Shown here piece after piece: positions 36,608 through 45,415 of a DNA stretch of 64,000 bases. The DNA comes from Candidatus Woesearchaeota archaeon (GTDB taxonomy: Archaea > Nanobdellota > Nanobdellia > SCGC-AAA011-G17 > CAYFGV01). Location of the stretch: positions 6,979-70,978 of the forward strand of contig CAYVLZ010000005.1 in the NCBI GenBank assembly GCA_964452525.1. Reading direction: 5' to 3'. Each line of letters begins with the position of its first letter. Within the stretch, counting starts at the first letter, position 1. Under the pieces are notes generated by a model. The model was not told where the DNA came from and ran no database searches. It saw nothing but the letters and a program-made list of their open reading frames with translations. The position numbers and the translations under genes were made by a program.

Positions 36608-38227
36608 ATGAATAAATCAAAGAAGACTTGGATGAAGCATGTTGTTGTTTTGGGAGTAGTTATGCTTTTGTTGATTCCTTCTGCTTTTGCTATCTGGAAT
36701 TATGTTATTGGATGTGGCGTTGGTGCTGTAGTTGGTCTTTTTGTCGGGGGCATTGGAGTAAATTGTTATGATTATCAATGGACTCCTGATATGGATAAGA
36801 GTAAAGATAATTATCAGTGTACTTTATGTAATAATTTTAATGAGTTTGGTTTAGATGAAGATTTGACTTCTTATTTTGAGCCTTGTACTGAGTATAGATG
36901 TAAGAGTATAGGTAAGTTATGTGAGTTTAAAGAGTTTGAAGAGGAGGAAGGAGCTGGTATCTGTGTAAGAAAAGATTGTAGTAAAGAATTTGATGCACCT
37001 AAAATTACCAATTGTGAGGTCAGGGATCCCGATACTACAAATAAATATAATGTAGCACAGACTGAAAATGGTTGTAAAATTCTAGATCCTATACCAGAGT
37101 TTGATGGTGCTGCTATTATGTTAAATATAAGCGAGGCTGGCCAGTGTAGGTTTAGTACTGTTCCTGATTTTACAGAAACTAATAGTGTTTGGTTTGGCAG
37201 TCCTAATTTTGATACAGCACATTTCTTTTTACTAAGTGTTTATGATGCCAATGAAACGGTTATTCAAGAATGTAATTCTGGAGATTGTAATTTATATGTT
37301 AAATGTGGTGATGTTTGTGATAATACAATGGGTAGTAGTTATGCTATTAGTTTCAATATAAAAGAAGGTCCTGATTTAGAATCTCCCAGGATTGTTGATA
37401 CTTTAGTTGAGAGTGGTGCTATGGTACCTGCTGGTATTGAAAATATAGAATTTAGTATGAGTGTTTTTGATCATAGCAATATTGAAAGTTGTAAATGGGC
37501 AACTGATGAATTTGAAGAATATGAAGATATTAAGAATACCTTTGATTGTAAGAATGATTTTGGCAATGTAGATGTTGTAGCTAATTTTCTTGAAGAAGGT
37601 ATATTTTGTGAAACTACTTTAACTGGATTAGAGGATGACGAAGATAATATATTTTACTTTAGTTGTAGAGACGATTCTGAACAGAAAAATACCTTAAAAC
37701 CTTATGTAGAGTTTATATTGAAAGGAACTACTCCCTTAAATATTACTAATTCTCATATGCCAGAAGGCACCCTTTATAGTTTGAATTATACCGTTACTGC
37801 TGTAACTAATAGGGATGCTAATTGTTATTATAAGATCAATAATAGAGACAGGGAAGAGTTTAATAATACTGGATTGACTTCACATAGCGCTGAGGTTAAA
37901 TTTGATCCAGGACAGGTTAATTTAGAAATTTTATGTCATGATATTGCTGGAAATGAAGATAGTGTTACAGGTACATTTAGAGCGGAAGAAGATACTAAAC
38001 CACCCACGTTGGTAAGGTTGTATTCTGATGCAAGTTATTTAACAGTTGTTTTAGATGAAGAAGCTAAATGTGAGTATTCTGATGAGCAATTTATATTTGA
38101 AGATGGTACGGTTATGGTTCCTGCAGATTATAGTAAAGAGCATAGAGCAGCAATAGGACAGGATGTTTATTACATCAAATGCAGGGATGTTTATGAGAAT
38201 GAGTTAAGCTTCACAGTTTATCCTTAA
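36608..38227 (+). CDS. Large cysteine-rich secreted/membrane-anchored protein with N-terminal glycine-zipper TM
   Basis: HVVVLGVVMLLLIPSAFAIWNYVIGCGVGAVVGLFVGGIGV N-terminus; about 35 Cys; acidic. Confidence 0.5.
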   Translation: MNKSKKTWMKHVVVLGVVMLLLIPSAFAIWNYVIGCGVGAVVGLFVGGIGVNCYDYQWTPDMDKSKDNYQCTLCNNFNEFGLDEDLTSYFEPCTEYRCKSIGKLCEFKEFEEEEGAGICVRKDCSKEFDAPKITNCEVRDPDTTNKYNVAQTENGCKILDPIPEFDGAAIMLNISEAGQCRFSTVPDFTETNSVWFGSPNFDTAHFFLLSVYDANETVIQECNSGDCNLYVKCGDVCDNTMGSSYAISFNIKEGPDLESPRIVDTLVESGAMVPAGIENIEFSMSVFDHSNIESCKWATDEFEEYEDIKNTFDCKNDFGNVDVVANFLEEGIFCETTLTGLEDDEDNIFYFSCRDDSEQKNTLKPYVEFILKGTTPLNITNSHMPEGTLYSLNYTVTAVTNRDANCYYKINNRDREEFNNTGLTSHSAEVKFDPGQVNLEILCHDIAGNEDSVTGTFRAEEDTKPPTLVRLYSDASYLTVVLDEEAKCEYSDEQFIFEDGTVMVPADYSKEHRAAIGQDVYYIKCRDVYENELSFTVYP

Positions 38228-38229
38228 AG

Positions 38230-38709
38230 ATGAAAAAAGCACAGATATTTTCAACGCCATTATTATATATTTTTATTTTAATCGTTATGGCTTTTGTTAT
38301 ATTTTTTGGAGCTAAAGCAATTAAGAACACTACTGAAATTAGTAAAACTGTAGATTATGAAACTTTTATCGACGATGTTCAGGAAAGATTTGATAGTGTT
38401 TCTATTTTGGATTATGGTAGTACAGTTTCTTTAAGAGAGGTATATGTTCCTACGGATGTGAAAGAGGTGTGTTTTGTAGATTCAGAAGAGAGGATTAATA
38501 TTGGTAATGTTAAGGATGAAAAATTGAAAAAAATTATTGATTCTGGTGTTGATGCAGACTTATTTTTTGTTAATGGAAGGGTAACCTATAATAATGTGGG
38601 TAGAGTTTTTGAACTAGAGGAAAATCCTTTATGCGATTCTACTTTTGATGATAGGTTGGATGTTAAGTTGATAAATCAAGGAAATGTTATAAGGGTAGAG
38701 AAAGCTTAA
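38230..38709 (+). CDS. Class III signal peptide (prepilin-like) protein 2
   Basis: MKKAQIFSTPLLYIFILIVMAFVIFFGAKA. Confidence 0.5.
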   Translation: MKKAQIFSTPLLYIFILIVMAFVIFFGAKAIKNTTEISKTVDYETFIDDVQERFDSVSILDYGSTVSLREVYVPTDVKEVCFVDSEERINIGNVKDEKLKKIIDSGVDADLFFVNGRVTYNNVGRVFELEENPLCDSTFDDRLDVKLINQGNVIRVEKA

Positions 38710-38734
38710 TATATCAATAAAAAGAAATATTCTT

Positions 38735-39610
38735 ATGAGAAAAGGGCAGGTGCAGTTTAATTGGATTTTTATTTTGGTTGCTGGAGCTATTCTTTTGGCT
38801 TTCTTTGCTGGTTTTATAGTTAAGTACACACAATTACAAGACGATAAGTTAAATGTTCAGGTTGGTATGGGCCTAGATGAGATAATAAGTAATTTAAGAG
38901 GAACTACCCTGTATAAGAATTTGAGTACAGAAGTTCCTTTTAATGTTAATTTTGGTTGTGATGGTTTTTCTATTGGTGAATATCAACAAGATATTGGAAC
39001 GAAAGTTGTTTTTGCTTCTAAGAATATTAGTAGTGATAATGTTTTTACTTGGACTAGAGAATGGAGAGGACCTTTTAGGATTGATAATATGATATATTTT
39101 GTGAATGGAGATTCTAAATATTATTTATCTAACGATCCTTTAAACTTATTACAGGATATGTCAGGACATATCAGAGAAAATTTCGTTGGAATGAATAATG
39201 CAGATATTTTTGTTGTTTTTTCTTTAACAGATTTTAATCATTTTAAACAGAGAGGTAATACTGTTTATATTGAGCCTAGGGAAATCGGAGAAGTTAGGTT
39301 TTATAGAGAAGGTAGAGAGGAAAGAAGTTATCATCTGGGAAAAGAATTTATTTATGGTGCTATTTTTTCAGCTAATTATGATAATTATTATTGTAATGTT
39401 CTAAAATTAGAGGAGAAATATGATAATTTAAGACAAATTTATGCTAAGAAGGCTATGTATTTGGACAGTATTTATCCTGAATGTGATTATAGTACTGTTG
39501 TTTCAGATCTTAATATTGTTTTTGATAGTAATAAATTTGATGTTGTCAGCAATAATTTAGCAAGTGCTAATAGCATTTTATGGGAAAAAGGTTGCGAGGT
39601 GGTATTTTGA
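38735..39610 (+). CDS. Class III signal peptide (prepilin-like) protein 3
   Basis: MRKGQVQFNWIFILVAGAILLAFFAGFIV. Confidence 0.55.
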   Translation: MRKGQVQFNWIFILVAGAILLAFFAGFIVKYTQLQDDKLNVQVGMGLDEIISNLRGTTLYKNLSTEVPFNVNFGCDGFSIGEYQQDIGTKVVFASKNISSDNVFTWTREWRGPFRIDNMIYFVNGDSKYYLSNDPLNLLQDMSGHIRENFVGMNNADIFVVFSLTDFNHFKQRGNTVYIEPREIGEVRFYREGREERSYHLGKEFIYGAIFSANYDNYYCNVLKLEEKYDNLRQIYAKKAMYLDSIYPECDYSTVVSDLNIVFDSNKFDVVSNNLASANSILWEKGCEVVF

Positions 39611-40056
39611 AGAAAGGGCAATTGCAGATACAGGAAACAATTATTGTTATTTTTGTGTTTACTGTTATATTTGTGATTGGTTTAATGTTTTTTTATAGAT
39701 ATACTGTAAATAGTATAGAGCAGGATATAGAGAGACATAAGGAGGCTAATTTTAGACAGTTAATTGGTTATATTCCCAGTATGCCTGAACTTAAATGTAG
39801 TAGATTTTATGTTGAAGAGGAATGTATTGATGTGGCTAAGATGAATGCTTTTAAGTTTATCTCTGGAGATTATGATTTCGGAGAGATAAAACTTAATGTA
39901 AAAGAAGTATATTTAACAGGTAACGAATGGCAGATTTATGACGGTTCTCCTATGGACTATGAAAATGTTTTAGTTATATCTAGTCCTATTAGTTTATATT
40001 ATCCTGATACAGGTAAATATGGTGTGGGGGTTTTAGAGATATCTAAATATGATTAA
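39607..40056 (+). CDS. Class III signal peptide (prepilin-like) protein 4 (probable TTG start overlapping the previous stop)
   Basis: The ORF track gives ATG at 39580 inside the upstream gene. The in-frame TTG at 39607 gives (M)KKGQLQIQETIIVIFVFTVIFVIGLMFFY, a canonical KG|Q prepilin N-terminus. Confidence 0.5.
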   Translation: MKKGQLQIQETIIVIFVFTVIFVIGLMFFYRYTVNSIEQDIERHKEANFRQLIGYIPSMPELKCSRFYVEEECIDVAKMNAFKFISGDYDFGEIKLNVKEVYLTGNEWQIYDGSPMDYENVLVISSPISLYYPDTGKYGVGVLEISKYD

Positions 40057-40060
40057 GATG

Positions 40061-40495
40061 AAAGGGCAAATAGAGACTATGGGTTTGTTAATCATTGTAA
40101 TTTTACTGATATTTATGGCTTTAATTGCTTTAGTTTTCACGAGTAAAACTGAGAGAAATATCGACGAGAGTTTTTATAGTGTAAAAGCGAATAATCTTTT
40201 AAATGCAATACAAAAAGTAAGTGTTTGTGAGGAAAATATTGAAGAAGGAATAGGTAGTTGTTTAGAGGGAAGGGATTTTTGTGGTTCTGATGATGTTTGT
40301 GGTTTGGTTGAGCAGGAAATTAACAAAATAATTGATGTTACTGTCCAAGAGCAGGTTAGGTTTAGCGTAAAAGGGCAATATGGGGCTCCTGTGATTGAGA
40401 TTGGTGATTGTGAAGAGGGGGTTAGTTCTGTTTCTAGTGTTCTGAGAACAGAAGTTGGAAGTTATAATCTTGGTTTGTTGGTTTGTGAAAAATGA
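40061..40495 (+). CDS. Class III signal peptide (prepilin-like) protein 5
   Basis: MKGQIETMGLLIIVILLIFMALIALVF (ORF-track start 40049 is MIKMKGQ...). Confidence 0.55.
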   Translation, partial: KGQIETMGLLIIVILLIFMALIALVFTSKTERNIDESFYSVKANNLLNAIQKVSVCEENIEEGIGSCLEGRDFCGSDDVCGLVEQEINKIIDVTVQEQVRFSVKGQYGAPVIEIGDCEEGVSSVSSVLRTEVGSYNLGLLVCEK

Positions 40496-40567
40496 ATATA
40501 GATTTAGCTAATTTGGGCCTTATAGGCCGTGAAAATAAGGAATTCTTGTTTCAAATGTATTTTGTAG

Positions 40568-40586
40568 TATATAAATATTTATAAAC
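40568..40586 (+). promoter_or_regulatory. Candidate BRE/TATA promoter for the S-layer gene
   Basis: tatataaatatttataaa about 105 nt upstream of ATG 40692 in a 200-nt intergenic region. Confidence 0.35.
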
Positions 40587-40691
40587 ATAATCTATGATTT
40601 AGAACCATATTTAGACGACAGAATCTCAATAATAGTCACTACTAGGAACGTGGATGCTCAAAATATAATAAAATTCGGAGGTGTAAACCAC

Positions 40692-42899
40692 ATGAAAAAG
40701 ATGATTAAAAGTATTGCGGCTCTGGGAGCTGGAGTTGCTATGCTTGGAGCAACATTAGGTGGAGCTTTAGCAGTGAATGATTTAGGAAATTTACCTTCTC
40801 CATTTGTACAAGATAGTGCATTGGTTGATACTGCTATAGTTCTAGGAGAAACAGGTAACGACGCAGCAGCAAGAGACGATATAAATAATTACCTTGGCGG
40901 TTTAGCAACTGCTGGAGGTGTGACTGTTACTGGTGGAGAGGATAAGGATATTCCTCTTAACAACCATTTAGCTAATCCTACATATGGTTGGACGAGTCCA
41001 GTACAGGATCAAGATGTAGATGCTCTACAAGATACAGTGATTGATGTAGATATAGGAGATGTTTCTAATACTTACGATGTACATGATCAGGTGTACTTTG
41101 GAACAGGTATTAGAGTTGAAACTGGTTTGACTATAGGTACTCCAGATGACGATTTTGGTAGTGAACCATTTTTAAAGGTAAACAAAGATTCTGTAAAGTA
41201 TTCTTATGTATTTGATGACTCCATAAAACAAGATAACTATTTTGCGAATACAAGTACAGACGATTCGATAATAATAAGTTTCTTGGGTAATGAACTGGAA
41301 ATTATCGGTTCTGATGCCGCTAATAAATTTACTGCACTGGTTGGTGAAAAAGTTACACTGCAAGTAGATGAAACTTATACGGATCCTGATACTGGTGCTG
41401 TAGTTACATTGGTTGATGTAGCCAGCGGAGGAGCTGTATTTGTAGATGTTGATGGAGAGACGGATACAATCTCAAGTGGACAGTCAAAGCAAATAGGCGG
41501 TACTAAGATTAAAAATCAGAACCAGTTCTATACTGCTGATAGAGAAGATAGAAGAGCAACCTTGGTTATTGGTTCTGATACAACTAAGACGTATACTAGT
41601 GGTGACTATTATATTGGGTCTTCATCAAGTCCTGTTTGTGATGAAACAGATACTAGTGACCCTGACTGTTGGAAATGGGAAATTTCTGGATTGAACACTG
41701 CAACACCTACAATAAACATAACATTTGCAACTACTTTGGATAGTTCGGATGAAGTTATAAGAAAAGGTGACGCATTGAGATTACCAGATGACTTCATTGT
41801 TGTATCTTTGACTGATTATGTTATAAATGATTGGTTAGAGTATGAGTTTGAAGAATGTACAGAGGAACTACACAATAGTACTGGTGGAACTGGTATTGTT
41901 GCTGGTGAAGGGCCTGCAGGAACAACAAGTGAAAAGGCATTGTGCGTTAAAGCACTTGGTGGTACGGATGATGGATTTAAAGTTGGAACAACAGAGACAG
42001 ACGATGTTTTAATATTTGCTAATAACACTTGGGAAGCTGGAACTGGTGATGCTAGAGGTCCTTGGGTATATTATAAGGATCCTAATGATGTTGGTTCTGG
42101 TTGGAAATACAGAGCAAATGATACAGTAGAGCTATTCAACCACAAAGCAGGTAGTGTACTGTACAACCATTCCTTGACGAAAGTTACCATGCAATTTGAT
42201 GACACTAAATTGACAGCTGTAGTGACTACTGATAATGTTACGGATGAAGCTGGTTCCATTGGAGTGGGTTTCCAAATAGATGGTACTGCTGCTAATGACA
42301 TTAACTTTACAGCGAATGTAACGGGTAATGGTATTGAATGGTTGGGTGCTGTTGATGGAGATGCTAAGTCTAAGGATCTTACAGCAAACAATACAGAGAT
42401 AGGTACTTGGGAAGATGATACCATGACATATGATGGTATAAAAATATTTAACCCAGACTCTTATGGAGACTCTGATAAATGGAGAGTAGCTATCCCTGGT
42501 GATGTTGGAACTGACTTTAGAATGACTGTAACTGTATCTGGCGAGTCTACAACAGGAACTACTTCAGCGGCTTTGATGACTGCAGATGATGTAAGTACAC
42601 CATCTGACTACAACTTAATCCTTGTAGGTGGACCATGTGTCAATAGCTTAACTGCTTCATTCTTAGGAGTAGCAGCTAACTCTTGTGGTGATTCCTCTGG
42701 ATTTAACCCAGGAGAAGGTTATGTTGAGCTTATGGACAATGGCAATAAAGTAGCGATGATTGTAGCAGGATGGGAAGTAGACGACACTAGAAGAGCTGCT
42801 AAGGTTGTAGCTAACCCAGGTAGTTTTGACTTGGCAGGCAAGTCTTCAGTAACTGTAACAGGAACATCAACAAGCTTGAACGACATAACAGTTGTTTAA
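40692..42899 (+). CDS. Candidate S-layer (major surface) glycoprotein
   Basis: Signal peptide MKKMIKSIAALGAGVAMLGATLGGALA; 735 aa, acidic, Thr/Gly/Asp/Val-rich with few Cys; multiple sequons (NTST, NHSL, NVTD, NFTA, NVTG, NTEI); long 5' leader and T-rich terminator. Confidence 0.55.
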   Translation: MKKMIKSIAALGAGVAMLGATLGGALAVNDLGNLPSPFVQDSALVDTAIVLGETGNDAAARDDINNYLGGLATAGGVTVTGGEDKDIPLNNHLANPTYGWTSPVQDQDVDALQDTVIDVDIGDVSNTYDVHDQVYFGTGIRVETGLTIGTPDDDFGSEPFLKVNKDSVKYSYVFDDSIKQDNYFANTSTDDSIIISFLGNELEIIGSDAANKFTALVGEKVTLQVDETYTDPDTGAVVTLVDVASGGAVFVDVDGETDTISSGQSKQIGGTKIKNQNQFYTADREDRRATLVIGSDTTKTYTSGDYYIGSSSSPVCDETDTSDPDCWKWEISGLNTATPTINITFATTLDSSDEVIRKGDALRLPDDFIVVSLTDYVINDWLEYEFEECTEELHNSTGGTGIVAGEGPAGTTSEKALCVKALGGTDDGFKVGTTETDDVLIFANNTWEAGTGDARGPWVYYKDPNDVGSGWKYRANDTVELFNHKAGSVLYNHSLTKVTMQFDDTKLTAVVTTDNVTDEAGSIGVGFQIDGTAANDINFTANVTGNGIEWLGAVDGDAKSKDLTANNTEIGTWEDDTMTYDGIKIFNPDSYGDSDKWRVAIPGDVGTDFRMTVTVSGESTTGTTSAALMTADDVSTPSDYNLILVGGPCVNSLTASFLGVAANSCGDSSGFNPGEGYVELMDNGNKVAMIVAGWEVDDTRRAAKVVANPGSFDLAGKSSVTVTGTSTSLNDITVV

Positions 42900-42979
42900 A
42901 TAAACAACTATTTTTCTTTTTCTTTTAATTTTTAATCAACCATAGAAAGATTTTTATTTGATTACAATTTACTTTATAT

Positions 42980-43528
42980 ATGAAAGAGACATCTAGTAAA
43001 AAAAATATGTTCTTTGTTCTATTTATAGCACTAATAATGATAACTAGCGTTCTTGGATTTGTGATGAGGGGCGATTCTTCTAATAGTAGTTATGAGTATA
43101 ATGGCTATGATTTCATTAAGGTGGAGGGCAAGTGGGTAATTTATATAGATGATAAGTACTTTTCTTTTGATTATCTTCCCTCTGAAGTAAGTGATGTTGA
43201 TGTAGGTAATTTTGAGTTGGGTTCTGGAAAAATTTATATTGCTTATCTTCCTGCTGAAAAAGATTCCGTTATAGAATATAATATGTTAAGACTGTACGAT
43301 ATTATTCAGTACAGGGGGGTTTTGCCTGTATTTGCTTGTACTGGAGAAGATGGATGTCCTGATATTCCTGTCGTTACTTGTGATAATGAGAATAAAGTTA
43401 TTCGGTTTAAGAAGTTAGATGATTATGGGGTTGCTATTGAAGATAATTGTGTTATTCTTCGGGGTGAGGGAACTGATTTGACTAAAGTAACAGATAGGTT
43501 TATATATCATTTGTTGGGTGTTATGTAA
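42980..43528 (+). CDS. Membrane-anchored protein, paralog 1 of a two-gene pair downstream of the S-layer gene
   Basis: N-terminal TM MFFVLFIALIMITSVLGFV; C-terminal ...GVAIEDNCVILRGEGTDLTKVTDRFIYHLLGVM. Confidence 0.4.
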   Translation: MKETSSKKNMFFVLFIALIMITSVLGFVMRGDSSNSSYEYNGYDFIKVEGKWVIYIDDKYFSFDYLPSEVSDVDVGNFELGSGKIYIAYLPAEKDSVIEYNMLRLYDIIQYRGVLPVFACTGEDGCPDIPVVTCDNENKVIRFKKLDDYGVAIEDNCVILRGEGTDLTKVTDRFIYHLLGVM

Positions 43529-43530
43529 AA

Positions 43531-44190
43531 ATGGATAGTAAAGATAGATTCGTTACGGGATTGATATTGTTCTTTGTATTTGTTTTAGCTTTTGTTCTGA
43601 CTTTTGCTTTTTATAGTAGATCAAAAGGTCCTGAAACTTATACTTATTCAGGAAAGGATGGTAAGGAGTATAAGTTTACTATTGATGAAAAGAATGATGT
43701 GACTTTTCATGTATTAAGTATGAGAAGGAATTATGTTGATTATAATATTCCCTTTGAGTTTGGTCCCGCTGAGCTTTCTCATGTATATTTAGAGGAAGAT
43801 ATAGATGATAAGATCTTATATAATGATAATGGAAATAAAAAGAGGGCGATATTTGTCACACAGGATCCTGATCTAGTATCACAGACTAGACAAAGATCTG
43901 TGATTGCTCTGTTGACTATTAGTAGAATTACTGGCCTGGATAACCCCGGGTTTTTTAAAATACCTTCTTACCAAGCTTTTACTGAAACTACGGATGTAAT
44001 AAATGAGAGAGACCATTTTATTAGAACTTGTGAGGATGCATCTTCTTTGAGGGGGGTTGTTCTTTTACGTATAGGTGATGAAAATAGAATATATTCTGAT
44101 GGTTATTGCGTGATTGTTGAAGGTGTGGATGGTGATGGATTAGTTGAGGGAGCTACTAAGTTAGTTTATAATTTGTTAGGAATAGTATAA
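43531..44190 (+). CDS. Membrane-anchored protein, paralog 2
   Basis: N-terminal TM LILFFVFVLAFVLTFAFY; C-terminal ...DGYCVIVEGVDGDGLVEGATKLVYNLLGIV, same ending pattern as the upstream paralog. Confidence 0.4.
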   Translation: MDSKDRFVTGLILFFVFVLAFVLTFAFYSRSKGPETYTYSGKDGKEYKFTIDEKNDVTFHVLSMRRNYVDYNIPFEFGPAELSHVYLEEDIDDKILYNDNGNKKRAIFVTQDPDLVSQTRQRSVIALLTISRITGLDNPGFFKIPSYQAFTETTDVINERDHFIRTCEDASSLRGVVLLRIGDENRIYSDGYCVIVEGVDGDGLVEGATKLVYNLLGIV

Positions 44191-44228
44191 ACAAAAACTT
44201 AAAAAGGGAATTCTTTTACTTCTTAATA

Positions 44229-44361
44229 TGCCGAGGTCGCATAACCTGGTATTGCGCAGAATCTTTTTGAGAAAAAGTTTCATCAAAAAGGTGCGTAAGC
44301 CTTGAATATGCGAGTAAGCCTGTTTCCTTCGGGATATCTGGGTTCGAATCCCAGCCTCGGC
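44229..44361 (+). tRNA. Intron-containing tRNA gene, 133 nt (about 55-60 nt of insertion). Type-II-like features; identity unresolved (Ser/Leu candidates)
   Basis: GCCGAGG-UC-GCA-UAACCUGGUAU-UGC... (3-bp D stem, 11-nt D loop with GG)...CUGGG-UUCGAAU-CCCAG-CCUCGGC-G with canonical T-arm and acceptor. A UUCC-UUCG-GGAU hairpin precedes the T-stem (variable-arm-like). Internal CUUUUU/AAAAAG hairpin and duplicated GCG(A)UAAGCCU(U)G segments. Confidence 0.7.
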
Positions 44362-44370
44362 GTTTGTTGT

Positions 44371-45147
44371 TTAGTTATTCTTTTGCATATTGTAAAAGAA
44401 TTCGAAATTGTTATCGGGGGAGGCGTGGTATATATCTAAGTAAGGAGAATATGTTTTAACTTCTACTTTGTTGTCTTCTGGATAAAAGGTCATAATTCTC
44501 AACCATCCGTTTCCACCATTTTCATAGGCTTGATAATTTGATAGGATTTGATGTACTTCGTTGCCTTCTTCTCCCAATGTTTTTAGATAAGCCGTTCCCA
44601 AAGGTTTATCTACATGTCCGCTAAGTACTAAGAATATATTTTTGTTATTTCTTATTAATTCACGCCATATTAGTTCTCCATGGTTTCTGCAAGTAGGTTT
44701 AACTAATGGATCTCCACCATCTATTCTAGTATTGTCGTAATTCATGTACATATGAGTTACAATAATCACTCTTTTATTGATATTTTCTTTTAAAATATTG
44801 TCTGCCCATTCCAAGATTTCATCTCTTGGACAATACTCTAAATGGAAAATTAAGAAATCTTTGTCTTCAATTGAGAATGTTTGATATGTGTTATCTATTG
44901 TATTATCATAACTTCCTCCCCACCAATCTTTTTTATTATAATCTTGTATCTTAAAATATTTGTTGAGGTAATTGGAGTTTCTTCCATCTGTCCAATTAAA
45001 CTCTATGTCATGATTTCCTGGACTTATTGCATAGGGTATGTTGGCTTTATCTAGAATTTCCATGCTTTTTTTGGCTAGTTCCCATTGACTATCGTTGTTA
45101 TAATCTTCTACTATGTCTCCTAGATGGGTGACGAATTTTATATTCAA
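44371..45147 (-). CDS. Calcineurin-like metallophosphoesterase; N-terminus extends upstream of the listed ATG without a canonical start
   Basis: Motifs HLGDIVED (GDxxD), GNHD, VTHMY, SGHVDKP. The same frame stays open upstream to about 45270 and encodes ...ILIFIIITIVLINQNPLRRILQPSATIIVLPDTQKYT (motif I D-x-Q plus a signal-anchor-like segment) with no in-frame ATG/GTG/TTG. Confidence 0.6.
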   Translation of the reverse strand: MNIKFVTHLGDIVEDYNNDSQWELAKKSMEILDKANIPYAISPGNHDIEFNWTDGRNSNYLNKYFKIQDYNKKDWWGGSYDNTIDNTYQTFSIEDKDFLIFHLEYCPRDEILEWADNILKENINKRVIIVTHMYMNYDNTRIDGGDPLVKPTCRNHGELIWRELIRNNKNIFLVLSGHVDKPLGTAYLKTLGEEGNEVHQILSNYQAYENGGNGWLRIMTFYPEDNKVEVKTYSPYLDIYHASPDNNFEFFYNMQKNN

Positions 45148-45415
45148 TTTATTTTTATTTTCTGCAATCCATTTTGTTTGTTCAAAAAATATATCTTGAT
45201 TGGATACAGTATATTTCTGGGTGTCTGGTAATACTATTATGGTTGCAGAAGGTTGTAAAATTCTCCTTAATGGGTTTTGGTTAATTAGAACTATGGTTAT
45301 AATTATGAATATTAATATATATATATAAATTTAAAATTATTAGATATCTCCTTTTTTTCCATGTTATGAATCAACCAATAAAGTATTTAAATTTATCTTG
45401 TTTAACTATATATAG

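Noticed and set aside
45301-45345. Small ORF MNINIHNYNHSSN... and the (AT)n-rich tract upstream of the phosphoesterase
   Set aside because: Too short and low-complexity; more likely promoter or spacer DNA. It may, however, hide the frameshift discussed for 44371-45270.
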